A DNA stretch of 48,944 nucleotides from Trueperaceae bacterium (GCA_031581195.1 JAVLCF010000002.1:1-48944); one strand, 5' to 3'. Numbered from the stretch's first letter, positions 7,981-17,255 are shown. Translations and numbers: made by a program. The notes: generated by a model not told the origin, from the sequence alone.

Positions 7981-8931
7981 GTGCTTGCCTTCGTCGCCCA
8001 GCGTGCCCTGACCGCGATCCCCACCCTCCTCATCGTCACGGTGATGGTGTTCGGCATCCAGCGGTCGCTTCCCGGCGACCCCGCCGTCATCCTCGCCGGC
8101 GAGGAACGCGACCCGCAGGTGATCGCCTTCATCCGCGCGAAGTACCGGCTCGACGAGCCGATCCCCGTTCAATATGTTGCTTGGCTCGGCCAACTCGCTC
8201 GCGGCGACCTCGGCGTCTCGATGCGGACCGGCGAGCCCGTCTCTTCCCTCATCCTCACCAAGCTTCCCGTCACGGTGCAACTCGCCGTCCTCTCCATCCT
8301 CGTCGCCGTCGCCGTGGCCATCCCCGCGGGCGCCATCGCCGCGACGAGGAAGAACACCGGCTGGGACGTCGCCGGTACGGTGGTCGCCCTCTCGGGGTTG
8401 TCGATCCCCAACTTCTGGCTGGGGATCATGCTGATCCTGCTCGTCTCCGTCCAACTGGGGTGGTTGCCGGCGTCCGGCTTCGTGCCCTTCCTGGAGGACC
8501 CGCTCGAGAACCTCCGGCGCATGATCATGCCCGCGTTCGTCCTCGGGACCGGACTGGCCGCGGTGTTGATGCGGCAGATGCGCTCCTCGATGCTCGAGGT
8601 CCTCTCGCAGGACTTCGTCCGCACCGCCACCGCCAAGGGCGCGAGCGGCTGGACGACCGTCGTGCGGCACGCCATGCGCAACGCCCTCATCCCCGTCGTC
8701 ACCATCCTCGGTCTGCAGCTCGGCACGCTCCTTTCCGGCGCCGTGCTGACCGAGCAGGTCTTCACGATCCCCGGCTTCGGGAAGTTGATCGTCGACGCCG
8801 TCTTCAACCGCGACTACGCCGTCGTCCAAGGCGTCGTCCTGTTCACCGCCACGTCCTACATCGCCATCAACCTCGCGGTGGACGTGCTCTACGCCGTCCT
8901 CGACCCCCGCATCTCCGGGTCCCGCGCATGA
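7981..8931 (+). CDS. ABC transporter permease (DppB/OppB-like)
   Basis: GTG 7981 follows a GAGGAG SD. N-terminus LAFVAQRALTAIPTLLIVTVMVFGIQRSLPGDP is typical of this permease family. Confidence 0.9.
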   Translation: MLAFVAQRALTAIPTLLIVTVMVFGIQRSLPGDPAVILAGEERDPQVIAFIRAKYRLDEPIPVQYVAWLGQLARGDLGVSMRTGEPVSSLILTKLPVTVQLAVLSILVAVAVAIPAGAIAATRKNTGWDVAGTVVALSGLSIPNFWLGIMLILLVSVQLGWLPASGFVPFLEDPLENLRRMIMPAFVLGTGLAAVLMRQMRSSMLEVLSQDFVRTATAKGASGWTTVVRHAMRNALIPVVTILGLQLGTLLSGAVLTEQVFTIPGFGKLIVDAVFNRDYAVVQGVVLFTATSYIAINLAVDVLYAVLDPRISGSRA

Positions 8932-9803
8932 CCGGCGCCCTGCCCCGCCCGACCCGCACGTGGACCGCGTGGTGGACGAGCCGCCCGATGCGCCGCCTCC
9001 GGTCCCGCCCCATCGCGCTCGTCGGCGGCGCCGTCGTCCTCCTCTTCGTGACGCTGGCCGTCCTGGCCCCCTGGATCGCCCCCCACGACCCCGCCGCCAC
9101 CGATTTCCTCTCCGTCCGGCAGGCCCCCTCGGGCAGCTACTGGTTCGGGACGGACGAGATCGGCCGGGACGTCCTATCGCGCGTCCTCTTCGGCGCGCGC
9201 GCCAGCCTCGTCGCCGGCGTCATCTCGGTCGCCATCGCGCTCCTCGCCGGCGTGCCGCTCGGCCTGATCGCAGGGTTCTACGGCGGCTGGCTGGACGAGG
9301 TCGTCATGCGCCTCACCGATGCGCTGTTGTCGTTCCCGTTCCTGATCCTCGCCGTCGCCCTGGCGGCGGCGTTGGGCCCCAGCCTGCAGAACGCCATGAT
9401 CGCCATCGGGATCGCCGTCACGCCGACCTTCGTGCGACTCATGCGCGGCCAAGTGCTGGCCGTGAAGAACGCCGAGTACGTCCAGGCCGCGCGCGCCCTC
9501 GGGGCGGGCGACGGGCGGATCCTGGCGCGCCACGTGCTGCCCAACGCCTTCGCACCGATCCTGGTGCAGGCGACCGTCACCATCGCCCAGGCGATCATCG
9601 CCGAATCGTCCCTGTCGTTCCTGGGCCTCGGCGTCCAACCCCCGACGCCCAGCTGGGGAGGCATGTTGAACACCGCCAAGAACTTCCTCGTCCAAGCGCC
9701 CTGGATGGCGATCTGGCCCGGCCTGTCGATCTTCGTCACCGTCCTCGCCTTCAACCTCTTCGGCGACGGCCTGCGCGACGCCTTCGACCCGAGGGACGCC
9801 TGA
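8928..9803 (+). CDS. ABC transporter permease (DppC/OppC-like)
   Basis: ATG 8928 overlaps the previous stop (ATGA). Contains the motif YWFGTDEIGRDVLSRVLFGAR. Confidence 0.9.
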   Translation: MTGALPRPTRTWTAWWTSRPMRRLRSRPIALVGGAVVLLFVTLAVLAPWIAPHDPAATDFLSVRQAPSGSYWFGTDEIGRDVLSRVLFGARASLVAGVISVAIALLAGVPLGLIAGFYGGWLDEVVMRLTDALLSFPFLILAVALAAALGPSLQNAMIAIGIAVTPTFVRLMRGQVLAVKNAEYVQAARALGAGDGRILARHVLPNAFAPILVQATVTIAQAIIAESSLSFLGLGVQPPTPSWGGMLNTAKNFLVQAPWMAIWPGLSIFVTVLAFNLFGDGLRDAFDPRDA

Positions 9804-10498
9804 TGGCCCCCCTTCGCGCCCCCACCGCGCTGGACCTCGCCACGTTCTCCGTCTGCCTCCGCGGCACCTGCGGTGGGTACGGCGTGGCCGTCGCCACCGC
9901 CCGCCCGAACGTCGGGGCCCTCGTCCCGTACGTCTCCCTCCAGGGCGCCGTCGCCACCCAAGCGCGGGTCGACACCACCCTCGGTGAGCGCACCCTGGCC
10001 CTCGTCGGTCGCGGCATGCCCGTCGCCACCGCCATCGACGCGCTGCTGTCCGTGGACGACGCCCGCCCGGTCCGCCAGCTGCACGGCGTCGACGCGACCG
10101 GCGCCCACGCGGCGACCGGAGCGGACTGCGTCCCCTGGGCCGGGTCCCGCGCCGGCGACGGCGTCAGCGTGGCCGGCAACATGCTGGCCGGCCCCGAGGT
10201 CGTCGACGCCATGCTCGAGGCCGCCGAGGCGGACCGCGACCGCGAGATCGGCGAGCGGCTCCTGCGCGTCCTCGAGGCCGGCCAAGCCGCGGGCGGCGAC
10301 AAGCGCGGCAAGCAGTCCGCCGCCCTGCTGGCCGCCTCCCCCGAACCGCGCCTCCACCACAACCTCCGCGTCGACGACCACGCCGACCCCGTCGCCGAAC
10401 TCCGGCGCCTCAAAGGGGTCATGGACGCGCAGACCGACGCCATCCGCCGCGACTACGGAGAGGAGGGCGTGCGCCTGTTCAGCCGGGTCCGCCGCTGA
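9803..10498 (+). CDS. DUF1028 family protein (Ntn-hydrolase fold)
   Basis: 231 aa. TFSV...GVAVATARPNVGALVPYV...GNMLAGPEVVDAM...AGGDKRGKQSAALL matches the DUF1028 pattern. The ATG shares its A with the dppC-like stop (TGATG). Confidence 0.8.
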   Translation: MAPLRAPTALDLATFSVCLRGTCGGYGVAVATARPNVGALVPYVSLQGAVATQARVDTTLGERTLALVGRGMPVATAIDALLSVDDARPVRQLHGVDATGAHAATGADCVPWAGSRAGDGVSVAGNMLAGPEVVDAMLEAAEADRDREIGERLLRVLEAGQAAGGDKRGKQSAALLAASPEPRLHHNLRVDDHADPVAELRRLKGVMDAQTDAIRRDYGEEGVRLFSRVRR

Positions 10499-10516
10499 GG
10501 CGGACGGGGCGACGGG

Positions 10517-10522
10517 TACACT
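10517..10522 (+). promoter_or_regulatory. -10-like box upstream of the CHR transporter gene
   Basis: TACACT, 10 nt, ATG 10533. No SD. Confidence 0.3.
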
Positions 10523-10532
10523 CGCACCGACC

Positions 10533-11075
10533 ATGGACACCCTGCACCTCTTGTGGTCGTTCGCCAAGGTAGGCCTCTTCGGCTTCGGCGGCGGCCCCTC
10601 GATGATCCCGCTCATCCAAGAGGAGGTCGTCGACGTCCAGCGGTGGTTGACGAAGGACGAGTTCCTCGACGCCTTCGCGTTCGGCAACGCGCTGCCCGGC
10701 CCCATCGCGACGAAGATGGCGGGGTACGTGGGGTTCAAGGTCGCCGGCTGGCCCGGCGCCGCCGCCGGCCTGGTCGGCGTCACGGTCCCCACGATCCTCG
10801 CCATGATCGCGCTCGGCGGCCTGTACCTCCGCTACCGCGACGCGCCGGCGTTCGAAGCGTTCCTGCGCGGCGTCCGACCGGTCGTGATCGCGCTCTTGGC
10901 GTTGGTCGTGTGGGAGTTCGCGCCCCGCGCCTTCGGCGCCCCCCCGCAGTGGCTGGCCAACTGGGCCCTCTGGGGGCTCGGCCTCGTCGCCTTCGTCGCC
11001 GCCGCCCGGTTCGGCGTTCACCCCGCCCTCCTCATCGTCGCCGGCGGCGTCGTCGGCGTCCTCTTCCTGCGCTGA
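10533..11075 (+). CDS. Chromate transporter (CHR) family protein, short single-domain form
   Basis: 180 aa. FAKVGLFGFGGGPSMIPLIQEEVV...WLTKDEFLDAFAFGNALPGPIATKMA is the CHR family signature region. Confidence 0.8.
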   Translation: MDTLHLLWSFAKVGLFGFGGGPSMIPLIQEEVVDVQRWLTKDEFLDAFAFGNALPGPIATKMAGYVGFKVAGWPGAAAGLVGVTVPTILAMIALGGLYLRYRDAPAFEAFLRGVRPVVIALLALVVWEFAPRAFGAPPQWLANWALWGLGLVAFVAAARFGVHPALLIVAGGVVGVLFLR

Positions 11076-11095
11076 CGCGCACCCCTAGGAGCCGC

Positions 11096-12682
11096 ATGGA
11101 TCCCTCCACCCCCTACCCCTCGCAGCGCATGCCGGTCCTGGCGCGCAACGTCGTCGCCACCAGCCAGCCGTTGGCCGCCACCGCCGGCCTGCGCATGCTG
11201 ACCGACGGCGGGAACGCCGTCGACGCCGCCATCGCGGCCGCCATGACCCTCACCGTGGTCGAGCCCACCAGCAACGGCCTCGGCAGCGACGCCTTCGCGA
11301 TCCTCTGGGACGGCCGGTCCCTGCACGGCCTGAACGCCTCCGGGCGCAGCCCCACGGCGCTCACGCCCGAGCGGTTCGAAGGCCTGGACGCCATCCCCCT
11401 GCGCGGGGAGGCCACCGTCACGGTGCCGGGCGCCGTCTCCGCCTGGATCGAGATGCACCGCCGCTTCGGGTCGTTGCCCCTGCACCGCATCGCCGAACCC
11501 GCGATCCACTACGCCCGCGACGGCTTCCCGGTGTCCCCCATCACGGCGCGCGCGTGGGCCACCGCCGAGGGCACCTTCGCGGGCCGCGCCGACTTCGCCG
11601 ACGCGTTCCTGCCCGGCGGCCGCGCGCCCCACGCGGGGGAGACCTGGCGCTTTCCCGACCAGGCGGCGACCCTGGAGACGATCATCGAGACCGAGGGCGA
11701 AGCGTTCTATCGGGGGGCCCTGGCCGAGCGCATGGCGGCGCACGTCCAGGCCGGCGGCGGACCCCTCGCCGAGGCCGACCTGGCCGCCCACCGCGCGGAG
11801 TGGGTCGGCACGATCTCGACCGCCTACGGTGAGCACGAACTGCACGAGATCCCCCCCAACGGCCAGGGCCTCGCCGCCCTCCTCGCGCTCGGCATCCTCC
11901 GCCACACCGACGTCGCCGACCACGACCCGGACTCCGCCGCCGCCCTGCACCTGCAGATCGAAGCGATGAAACTCGCGTTCGCCGACGCGCATCGCTACGT
12001 CGGCGATCCCGACCACCTCGACGTGCCGCCGGACGCCCTGCTGGACGACGGGTACCTCGCCGAACGCGCCGCGCGCATCGACCCCACGCGGGCGGGCGAC
12101 CCGGCGTACGGCGTGCCGAAGCGCGGCGGGACGGTGTACCTCACCGCCGCCGACGCCGAGGGCCGCATGGTGTCGTTCATCCAGTCCAACTACTACGGCT
12201 TCGGGTCGGGCGTCGTGGTGCCCGGCACCGGCATCTCGCTGCAGAACCGCGGGGCGGGCTTCACGCTCCAGCCGGGGCACCCCAACCAGGTGGGGCCCGC
12301 CAAGCGGCCGTTCCACACCATCATCCCCGCCTTCCTGACGCGGGGCGGCGCCCCGGACATGAGCTTCGGGGTGATGGGCGGCCCCATGCAGCCGCAAGGG
12401 CACGTCCAGATGGTGCTCCGCACCGTCCTGTGGGGCCAGAACCCGCAGGCCGCCGCCGACGCGCCGCGCTGGCGGGTCGTCGAGGGCCGCACCGTCGCCC
12501 TGGAGGCCTCGGTCGGACAGGCCACCGTCGACGCGCTCCGCGACCTCGGGCACGACGTCACCCGCGCCGCCCCGGAGCACGGCTTCGCGTTCGGCGGCGC
12601 GCAACTCGTTCGGCGCCTCCCCGACGGCGGCTACGTCGCCGGCAGCGACCCCCGCAAGGACGGCCTCGCCGTCGGGTTCTGA
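11096..12682 (+). CDS. ggt: Gamma-glutamyltransferase
   Basis: 528 aa with GGT family motifs (AVDAAIAAAMTLTVVEP, GGTVYLTAAD, FGSGVVVPGTGISLQNRG, MGGPMQPQGHVQ). AGGAG SD lies 4 nt upstream. Confidence 0.9.
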   Translation: MDPSTPYPSQRMPVLARNVVATSQPLAATAGLRMLTDGGNAVDAAIAAAMTLTVVEPTSNGLGSDAFAILWDGRSLHGLNASGRSPTALTPERFEGLDAIPLRGEATVTVPGAVSAWIEMHRRFGSLPLHRIAEPAIHYARDGFPVSPITARAWATAEGTFAGRADFADAFLPGGRAPHAGETWRFPDQAATLETIIETEGEAFYRGALAERMAAHVQAGGGPLAEADLAAHRAEWVGTISTAYGEHELHEIPPNGQGLAALLALGILRHTDVADHDPDSAAALHLQIEAMKLAFADAHRYVGDPDHLDVPPDALLDDGYLAERAARIDPTRAGDPAYGVPKRGGTVYLTAADAEGRMVSFIQSNYYGFGSGVVVPGTGISLQNRGAGFTLQPGHPNQVGPAKRPFHTIIPAFLTRGGAPDMSFGVMGGPMQPQGHVQMVLRTVLWGQNPQAAADAPRWRVVEGRTVALEASVGQATVDALRDLGHDVTRAAPEHGFAFGGAQLVRRLPDGGYVAGSDPRKDGLAVGF

Positions 12683-12701
12683 CGCGCTCGGCGCCGGCGG
12701 G

Positions 12702-12733
12702 GCCGTCCGTGCCGGCCGGCCGACACGGACGGC
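12702..12733 (+). terminator. Hairpin downstream of ggt
   Basis: GCCGTCCGTG-(12 nt)-CACGGACGGC, a 10-bp stem. Confidence 0.45.
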
Positions 12734-12824
12734 GGCCGGTTCGTGCCACCCTCGCGTCGGCGCCGGGACGATGCGGTCCCCGCGCGACGCATCGACGCGG
12801 GCGGAACGCCCGCGAGGAGGCTGC

Positions 12825-13259
12825 ATGAGCGAAGCGAAATCCGGCGATACCGTGCACGTCCACTACACCGGCACCCTCGACGACGGCACCGTGTTCGACA
12901 GCAGCGAGGGGCGCGACCCCCTCACCGTCACCCTCGGGTCCGGCCAGGTCATCCCCGGCTTCGAAGCGGCGGTCGTCGGCATGAGCGTCGGCGAAACGAA
13001 GAAGGCCCGCCTCGAACCGCACGACGCCTACGGCGAACGGCGCGACGACCTGATGCTCGACGTGCCGCGCAGCGACCTGCCCGAGGACCTCGAGGTGGAG
13101 CTCGGTACGCCGCTGCAACTCCAGCAGGAGGACGGCCAAGCGGTGCCCGTCACCGTCGCCGCCCTCGACGACACCAGCATCACGCTCGACGCCAACCCGC
13201 CGCTCGCGGGGCAGGCGCTGACGTTCGAAATGACCCTCGTCGACCTGCAGGCCGGCTGA
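12825..13259 (+). CDS. slyD: FKBP-type peptidyl-prolyl cis-trans isomerase, SlyD-like
   Basis: 144 aa. HYTGTLDDGTVFDSS...VIPGFEAAVVGM plus an insert-in-flap-like segment. GAGGAGG SD. ATG 12825 is internal to the track ORF. Confidence 0.85.
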   Translation: MSEAKSGDTVHVHYTGTLDDGTVFDSSEGRDPLTVTLGSGQVIPGFEAAVVGMSVGETKKARLEPHDAYGERRDDLMLDVPRSDLPEDLEVELGTPLQLQQEDGQAVPVTVAALDDTSITLDANPPLAGQALTFEMTLVDLQAG

Positions 13260-13278
13260 CCCACCCCCCGAACGCCCA

Positions 13279-13304
13279 CGCGGCCCCGCTTCGGCGGGGC
13301 CGCG
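13279..13304. terminator. Bidirectional hairpin between convergent slyD and mreB
   Basis: CGCGGCCCCGC-ttcg-GCGGGGCCGCG, a perfect 11-bp stem. Confidence 0.6.
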
Positions 13305-13353
13305 CTCGTGCGGACGCCCCGACGCCCGCGCACCGGGGTCGTGGGGACGCGCG

Positions 13354-14367
13354 TCAGTGGAACTCGGTGCCGCGCCGGCGCGCGTCCTCCAGGACGTCCG
13401 CCATGTCCAGCGCCCGGCTGGTCCCCACCACCACGCAGTCCTCCGGGTCCTCCGCCAGGCCGACCGGAATGCCGGACACCGCGCTCAAGTAGCGGTCGAC
13501 GTGCCGCAGTTGCGCCGCCCCCCCGGTCAGCACGATGCCGCGATCGATGACGTCGCTCACCAACTCCGGTTCCGCGGTCTCGAGCACCTTGCGCAGCGTC
13601 TCCGCGATCTTCTCCAGCGACCCCTCGATCGCCTCGACGACGTCGGTCGACGTGACGGTGGCGGTCTTCGGCATGCCGTCGATCAGCCCCCGCCCCCGCA
13701 CCTGCGTCGTCGCGGGCGGCACGTCGGGATCCAGCATGGCGGCCCCCACCTCGCGCTTGATCTGCTCCGCGGTGCGGTCCCCGATCAACAGCTCGTGCTT
13801 CTCCTTCACGAACGCCGCGACGTCGGCGTCGAAGGCGTTGCCGGCCACCCGCACGCTCTTCGCGTTCACGATCCCCCCTAGACTCAGGATCGCGACGTCG
13901 GTCGTCCCGCCGCCCATGTCGATCACCATCGCGCCGACCGGTTCCGCGATGTCGATGCCCGCCCCGATCGCGGCGGCGACCGGCTCCTCGATCAGCAGCG
14001 CCTTGCGCGCCCCGATCTCGTGGACCGCCTGCAGCACCGCCCGCCGCTCGACGTCGGTGATCTCCGACGGGACGCACACCATGATGGTGGGGCGCAGGAA
14101 GCGGCTGGGGCCCGTCAGGACCTTCCCGACGAACCCCTTCAGCATCTTCTCCGTCAACGTGTAGTCGGCGATCACGCCGTCCTGCATCGGCCGGACCGCG
14201 GTGATGGAGCCCGGCGTGCGCCCCAGCATCTTGTAGGCCTCCTCGCCGATCGCCATGACGTCGCCGGTGTCCTGCGACATCGCGATGACCGCCGGTTCGC
14301 GCAGGACGACGCCCCGCCCCTTGACGTGCACGCGGACGTGCGTGGTCCCCAAATCGACTCCGATCAT
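13354..14367 (-). CDS. mreB: Rod shape-determining protein MreB
   Basis: 337 aa starting MIGVDLGTTHVRV, actin-like ATPase motifs (DMGGGTTDVA, VLTGGAAQL). The upstream 370 aa of the track ORF are Arg/Gly-rich junk. Confidence 0.92.
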   Translation of the reverse strand: MIGVDLGTTHVRVHVKGRGVVLREPAVIAMSQDTGDVMAIGEEAYKMLGRTPGSITAVRPMQDGVIADYTLTEKMLKGFVGKVLTGPSRFLRPTIMVCVPSEITDVERRAVLQAVHEIGARKALLIEEPVAAAIGAGIDIAEPVGAMVIDMGGGTTDVAILSLGGIVNAKSVRVAGNAFDADVAAFVKEKHELLIGDRTAEQIKREVGAAMLDPDVPPATTQVRGRGLIDGMPKTATVTSTDVVEAIEGSLEKIAETLRKVLETAEPELVSDVIDRGIVLTGGAAQLRHVDRYLSAVSGIPVGLAEDPEDCVVVGTSRALDMADVLEDARRRGTEFH

Positions 14368-14374
14368 GCCGCGC

Positions 14375-14380
14375 ACGCTA
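14375..14380 (-). promoter_or_regulatory. -10-like box for leaderless mreB
   Basis: Minus strand TAGCGT, 7 nt, ATG 14367. Confidence 0.4.
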
Positions 14381-14469
14381 CCCCGTCGCCGCCCCCCGCG
14401 TCCCGGATGGCGACCCACCCGCACCCCGCAGGCGCCCGACGCGCGTCCCGACCGCCCCCCGATTCGTGG

Positions 14470-14475
14470 TAGACC
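14470..14475 (+). promoter_or_regulatory. -10-like box for the leaderless quinone oxidoreductase gene
   Basis: TAGACC, 6 nt, GTG 14482. The last base deviates from TAnnnT. Confidence 0.3.
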
Positions 14476-14481
14476 GCGGGC

Positions 14482-15438
14482 GTGAAGGCGATCCACGGCG
14501 CCCCCGGCCCCCTCGCGTGGCGGGCCGTGCCCGACCCCGTCCCGGGGCCGGGCGACGCGACGCTGCGCGTCCGCGCCGCCGGCGTCAACCGCGCCGACCT
14601 CGCCCAACGCGCGGGCCGCTACCCGCCCCCACCCGGCGCCAGCGAGATCCTCGGCCTCGAGGTCGCCGGCGAGGTCCTCACCGCCCCCGAAGGGTCCGGC
14701 TGGCGGCCCGGCGACCGCGCCCACGCGCTCCTCGCCGGCGGCGGGTACGCCGAACGCGCCGCCGTGCCGGTCCGCATGCTGATGCCGACCCCCGACGGCC
14801 TCACCGACGTCGAGGCGGCCGCCCTGCCCGAAGCGCACCTCACGGCGTTCTCCAACCTCGTGCTCGAGGCCGGCCTGCGGCCCGGCGAGCGGGCGTTGAT
14901 CCACGCCGGCGCGAGCGGCGTGGGAACCGCCGCGATCCTCCAGGCGCGCGCCCTCGGGGCGGAGGTCGCCACCACGTCCAGCGGCGCGAAGGCGCCGCTG
15001 TGCCGGGGGCTCGGAGCGGCGTGGGCGTTCGACCGTCACGACCCCGCCTGGCCCGCGCGGTTGCGCGACGCGTGGAGCGGGGTCGACGTGATCCTCGACC
15101 CGGTGGGGGCCGCCACGACCGCCGCGAACCTGGAGCTGCTCGACGTCGGGGGGCGGCTCGTGTGGATCTCGACGCTGGGCGGCCGCGAGGCGACCCTCGA
15201 CGTCGGGGTGATGATGCGCAAACGCCTCACGGTGAAGGGCACGACGCTCCGCGGTCGACCCCTCGACGACAAGATCGCGTTGCGCGACGCGTTCCAAGCG
15301 CGCTTCGGTGCGGACGTCGCGCGGGGTGGGCTGCGCCTCCCCATCCACGCGACGTTCGACGTCCGCCACGTCGAGGAGGCGCACGCGCAGCTCCGCGCGA
15401 ACGCGACGGCGGGCAAGGTCGTCCTCACGATCCCCTGA
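14482..15438 (+). CDS. NAD(P)H:quinone oxidoreductase, zeta-crystallin/PIG3 type (MDR superfamily)
   Basis: 318 aa. RVRAAGVNRADLAQRAGRYPPPPGASEILGLEVAGEV and HAGASGVGTAAIL motifs. Confidence 0.85.
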   Translation: MKAIHGAPGPLAWRAVPDPVPGPGDATLRVRAAGVNRADLAQRAGRYPPPPGASEILGLEVAGEVLTAPEGSGWRPGDRAHALLAGGGYAERAAVPVRMLMPTPDGLTDVEAAALPEAHLTAFSNLVLEAGLRPGERALIHAGASGVGTAAILQARALGAEVATTSSGAKAPLCRGLGAAWAFDRHDPAWPARLRDAWSGVDVILDPVGAATTAANLELLDVGGRLVWISTLGGREATLDVGVMMRKRLTVKGTTLRGRPLDDKIALRDAFQARFGADVARGGLRLPIHATFDVRHVEEAHAQLRANATAGKVVLTIP

Positions 15439-15619
15439 CGGCGGCGCCCCCCTCCGGCCCGCTCGGCGTGCCCACACACGTGCCCCGCGCGGGTCTCCGC
15501 CGGGGGGGCAGCGGGGGTGCGGAGACGCGGCGCGCGGGGCGCCCCCACGCTACCGGCGTTCCCGCCGCGCGAGTGGGCGGCGGACCACGGTTCCGCCCGC
15601 CACGGACCGCGCCGGCGGG

Positions 15620-15625
15620 TACCCT
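15620..15625 (+). promoter_or_regulatory. -10-like box for the leaderless methyltransferase gene
   Basis: TACCCT, 6 nt, GTG 15632. Confidence 0.4.
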
Positions 15626-15631
15626 GACGCC

Positions 15632-16357
15632 GTGCGCGCCGCCCCCTACACCCGCCTCGCCGGCGTCTACGACGCCCTCATGAGCGACGTCGCGTACGAC
15701 GATTGGTTCGTCTTCCTCGTCCGCGAAGCGACCCGCCGCGGCTTCGCCGGCGGGCCGCTCCTCGACCTCGCCTGCGGCACCGGCAACGCCACCCGGCCCG
15801 CCGTGGTCCGCGGGTTCGACGTCGAAGGGCTCGACCGCGCCCCCGCCATGCTGGCCGTCGCACGCGAGCGACTCCCGGACGTGACGTTCCACGTGGGGGA
15901 CGCCACCGCGTTGGCGCTGCCGCGCCGCTACGCCCTGATCTACTCGGTCTTCGATGCGCTCAACAACCTGCTCGACGACGCGGCGTTCCTCGCCACGGCG
16001 CGCGGGGTGCACGCCCACCTGGAGCCCGGGGGGGTGTTCGCGTTCGACGCGAACACCCGGGCGGGGCTCCGCGACCTGTGGGGCGGCCGCGCGGAGGGCT
16101 GGGCGGACGACGTGTACTACCGCTGGACGCACCACTACGACCCCGTCACCGACCTCGCCACCGTCGAGGCGCACTGCGACGGCCCCGAGGGCCCGTTCAC
16201 CGAGGTGCACGTCGAGCGCCCCTACGACCCGGGCGACCTGCGCCGCCTCCTGCGCGCGGCCGGGTTCGCCGACGTGGACGTCGTCACCTACCCCGGCGCC
16301 GACCCCGCCCGGGACGAGGACGAACGCGTCTGGGCGTTCGCCCGCCGGCCCGCCTGA
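15632..16357 (+). CDS. Class I SAM-dependent methyltransferase
   Basis: 241 aa with SAM motif LLDLACGTGN. GTG 15632 lies 6 nt after a TACCCT box. The upstream part of the track ORF is junk. Confidence 0.8.
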   Translation: MRAAPYTRLAGVYDALMSDVAYDDWFVFLVREATRRGFAGGPLLDLACGTGNATRPAVVRGFDVEGLDRAPAMLAVARERLPDVTFHVGDATALALPRRYALIYSVFDALNNLLDDAAFLATARGVHAHLEPGGVFAFDANTRAGLRDLWGGRAEGWADDVYYRWTHHYDPVTDLATVEAHCDGPEGPFTEVHVERPYDPGDLRRLLRAAGFADVDVVTYPGADPARDEDERVWAFARRPA

Positions 16358-16361
16358 GGCG

Positions 16362-17255
16362 TCAGGCCTCCCCGGATCCCGGGTCGACCCCCGCCGCCTC
16401 CCGCGCGAGGCGCGCGACGTTGCTCACGTCCTCGTCGCCGTACCCCCGCCGGATCAACTGCACCTCCGCCTGCTCCACCTGCGCCGCCAACGGGAGCGGG
16501 ACCCCGAGCGCCTCCGCGGCGGCGAGGGCGATGCCGAGGTCCTTGCGGTGCAGCCGCGTCCGGAAGCCCAGCGGGTAGCGGCCCGCCAGCATGTTCGGTC
16601 CGCGGTGCGTGAGGCCCCACGACCCCGCCGCCCCCCCGGAGATCGCCTCGAGCACCCTCGCCTCGTCGACGTCCGCCGCCAGCGCCAGCGCGAGCCCCTC
16701 CGCCACCGCGGCGTACGTCCCGGCGATCACCACCTGGTTCACCGCCTTCGCGATCTGGCCGGCGCCCGCCGGCCCGACGTGCGTCAACGTCGAGCCCAGC
16801 ACCTCGAGCGCCGGCCGGACCGCCTCCAGGACGGCGGCGTCCCCACCGATCATGATCGACAGGGTGCCCTGCTTCGCCCCCTCCGAGCCGCCGCTCACCG
16901 GCGCGTCGAGCGCCTGCGCGCCGCGCGCCGCGGCGGCGTCGGCTAGGTCGCGGGCGGCGTCCGGCGCGATGGTGGACGCGTCCACCCACGTCGCGCCCGG
17001 CGCGAGCCCGGCGAGGACGCCGTCCTCGCCCTCCGCGACGGCGCGCACGTCGGGCGTGTCGTTCACCATCGTGATCACGAGGTCCGCCCCCGCCGCCGCG
17101 GCGGCGGGCGTCGCGGCCCGCGCCGCCCCGCGCTCCGCGAGGGGCGCCTCGCGCTCGCGCGTCCGGTTGTGCACCGTCACGGCGTGCCCCGCCGCCAGCA
17201 GGCGCCCCGCCATGGGGGCGCCCATCGTGCCGAGCCCCACGAATCCGATGTTCAC
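16362..17255 (-). CDS. NAD(P)-dependent beta-hydroxyacid dehydrogenase (3-hydroxyisobutyrate dehydrogenase family)
   Basis: 297 aa with the N-terminal Rossmann motif IGFVGLGTMGAPMA. The GTG start overlaps the acuC-like stop (GTGA, 17252-17255). Confidence 0.85.
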   Translation of the reverse strand: MNIGFVGLGTMGAPMAGRLLAAGHAVTVHNRTREREAPLAERGAARAATPAAAAAGADLVITMVNDTPDVRAVAEGEDGVLAGLAPGATWVDASTIAPDAARDLADAAAARGAQALDAPVSGGSEGAKQGTLSIMIGGDAAVLEAVRPALEVLGSTLTHVGPAGAGQIAKAVNQVVIAGTYAAVAEGLALALAADVDEARVLEAISGGAAGSWGLTHRGPNMLAGRYPLGFRTRLHRKDLGIALAAAEALGVPLPLAAQVEQAEVQLIRRGYGDEDVSNVARLAREAAGVDPGSGEA

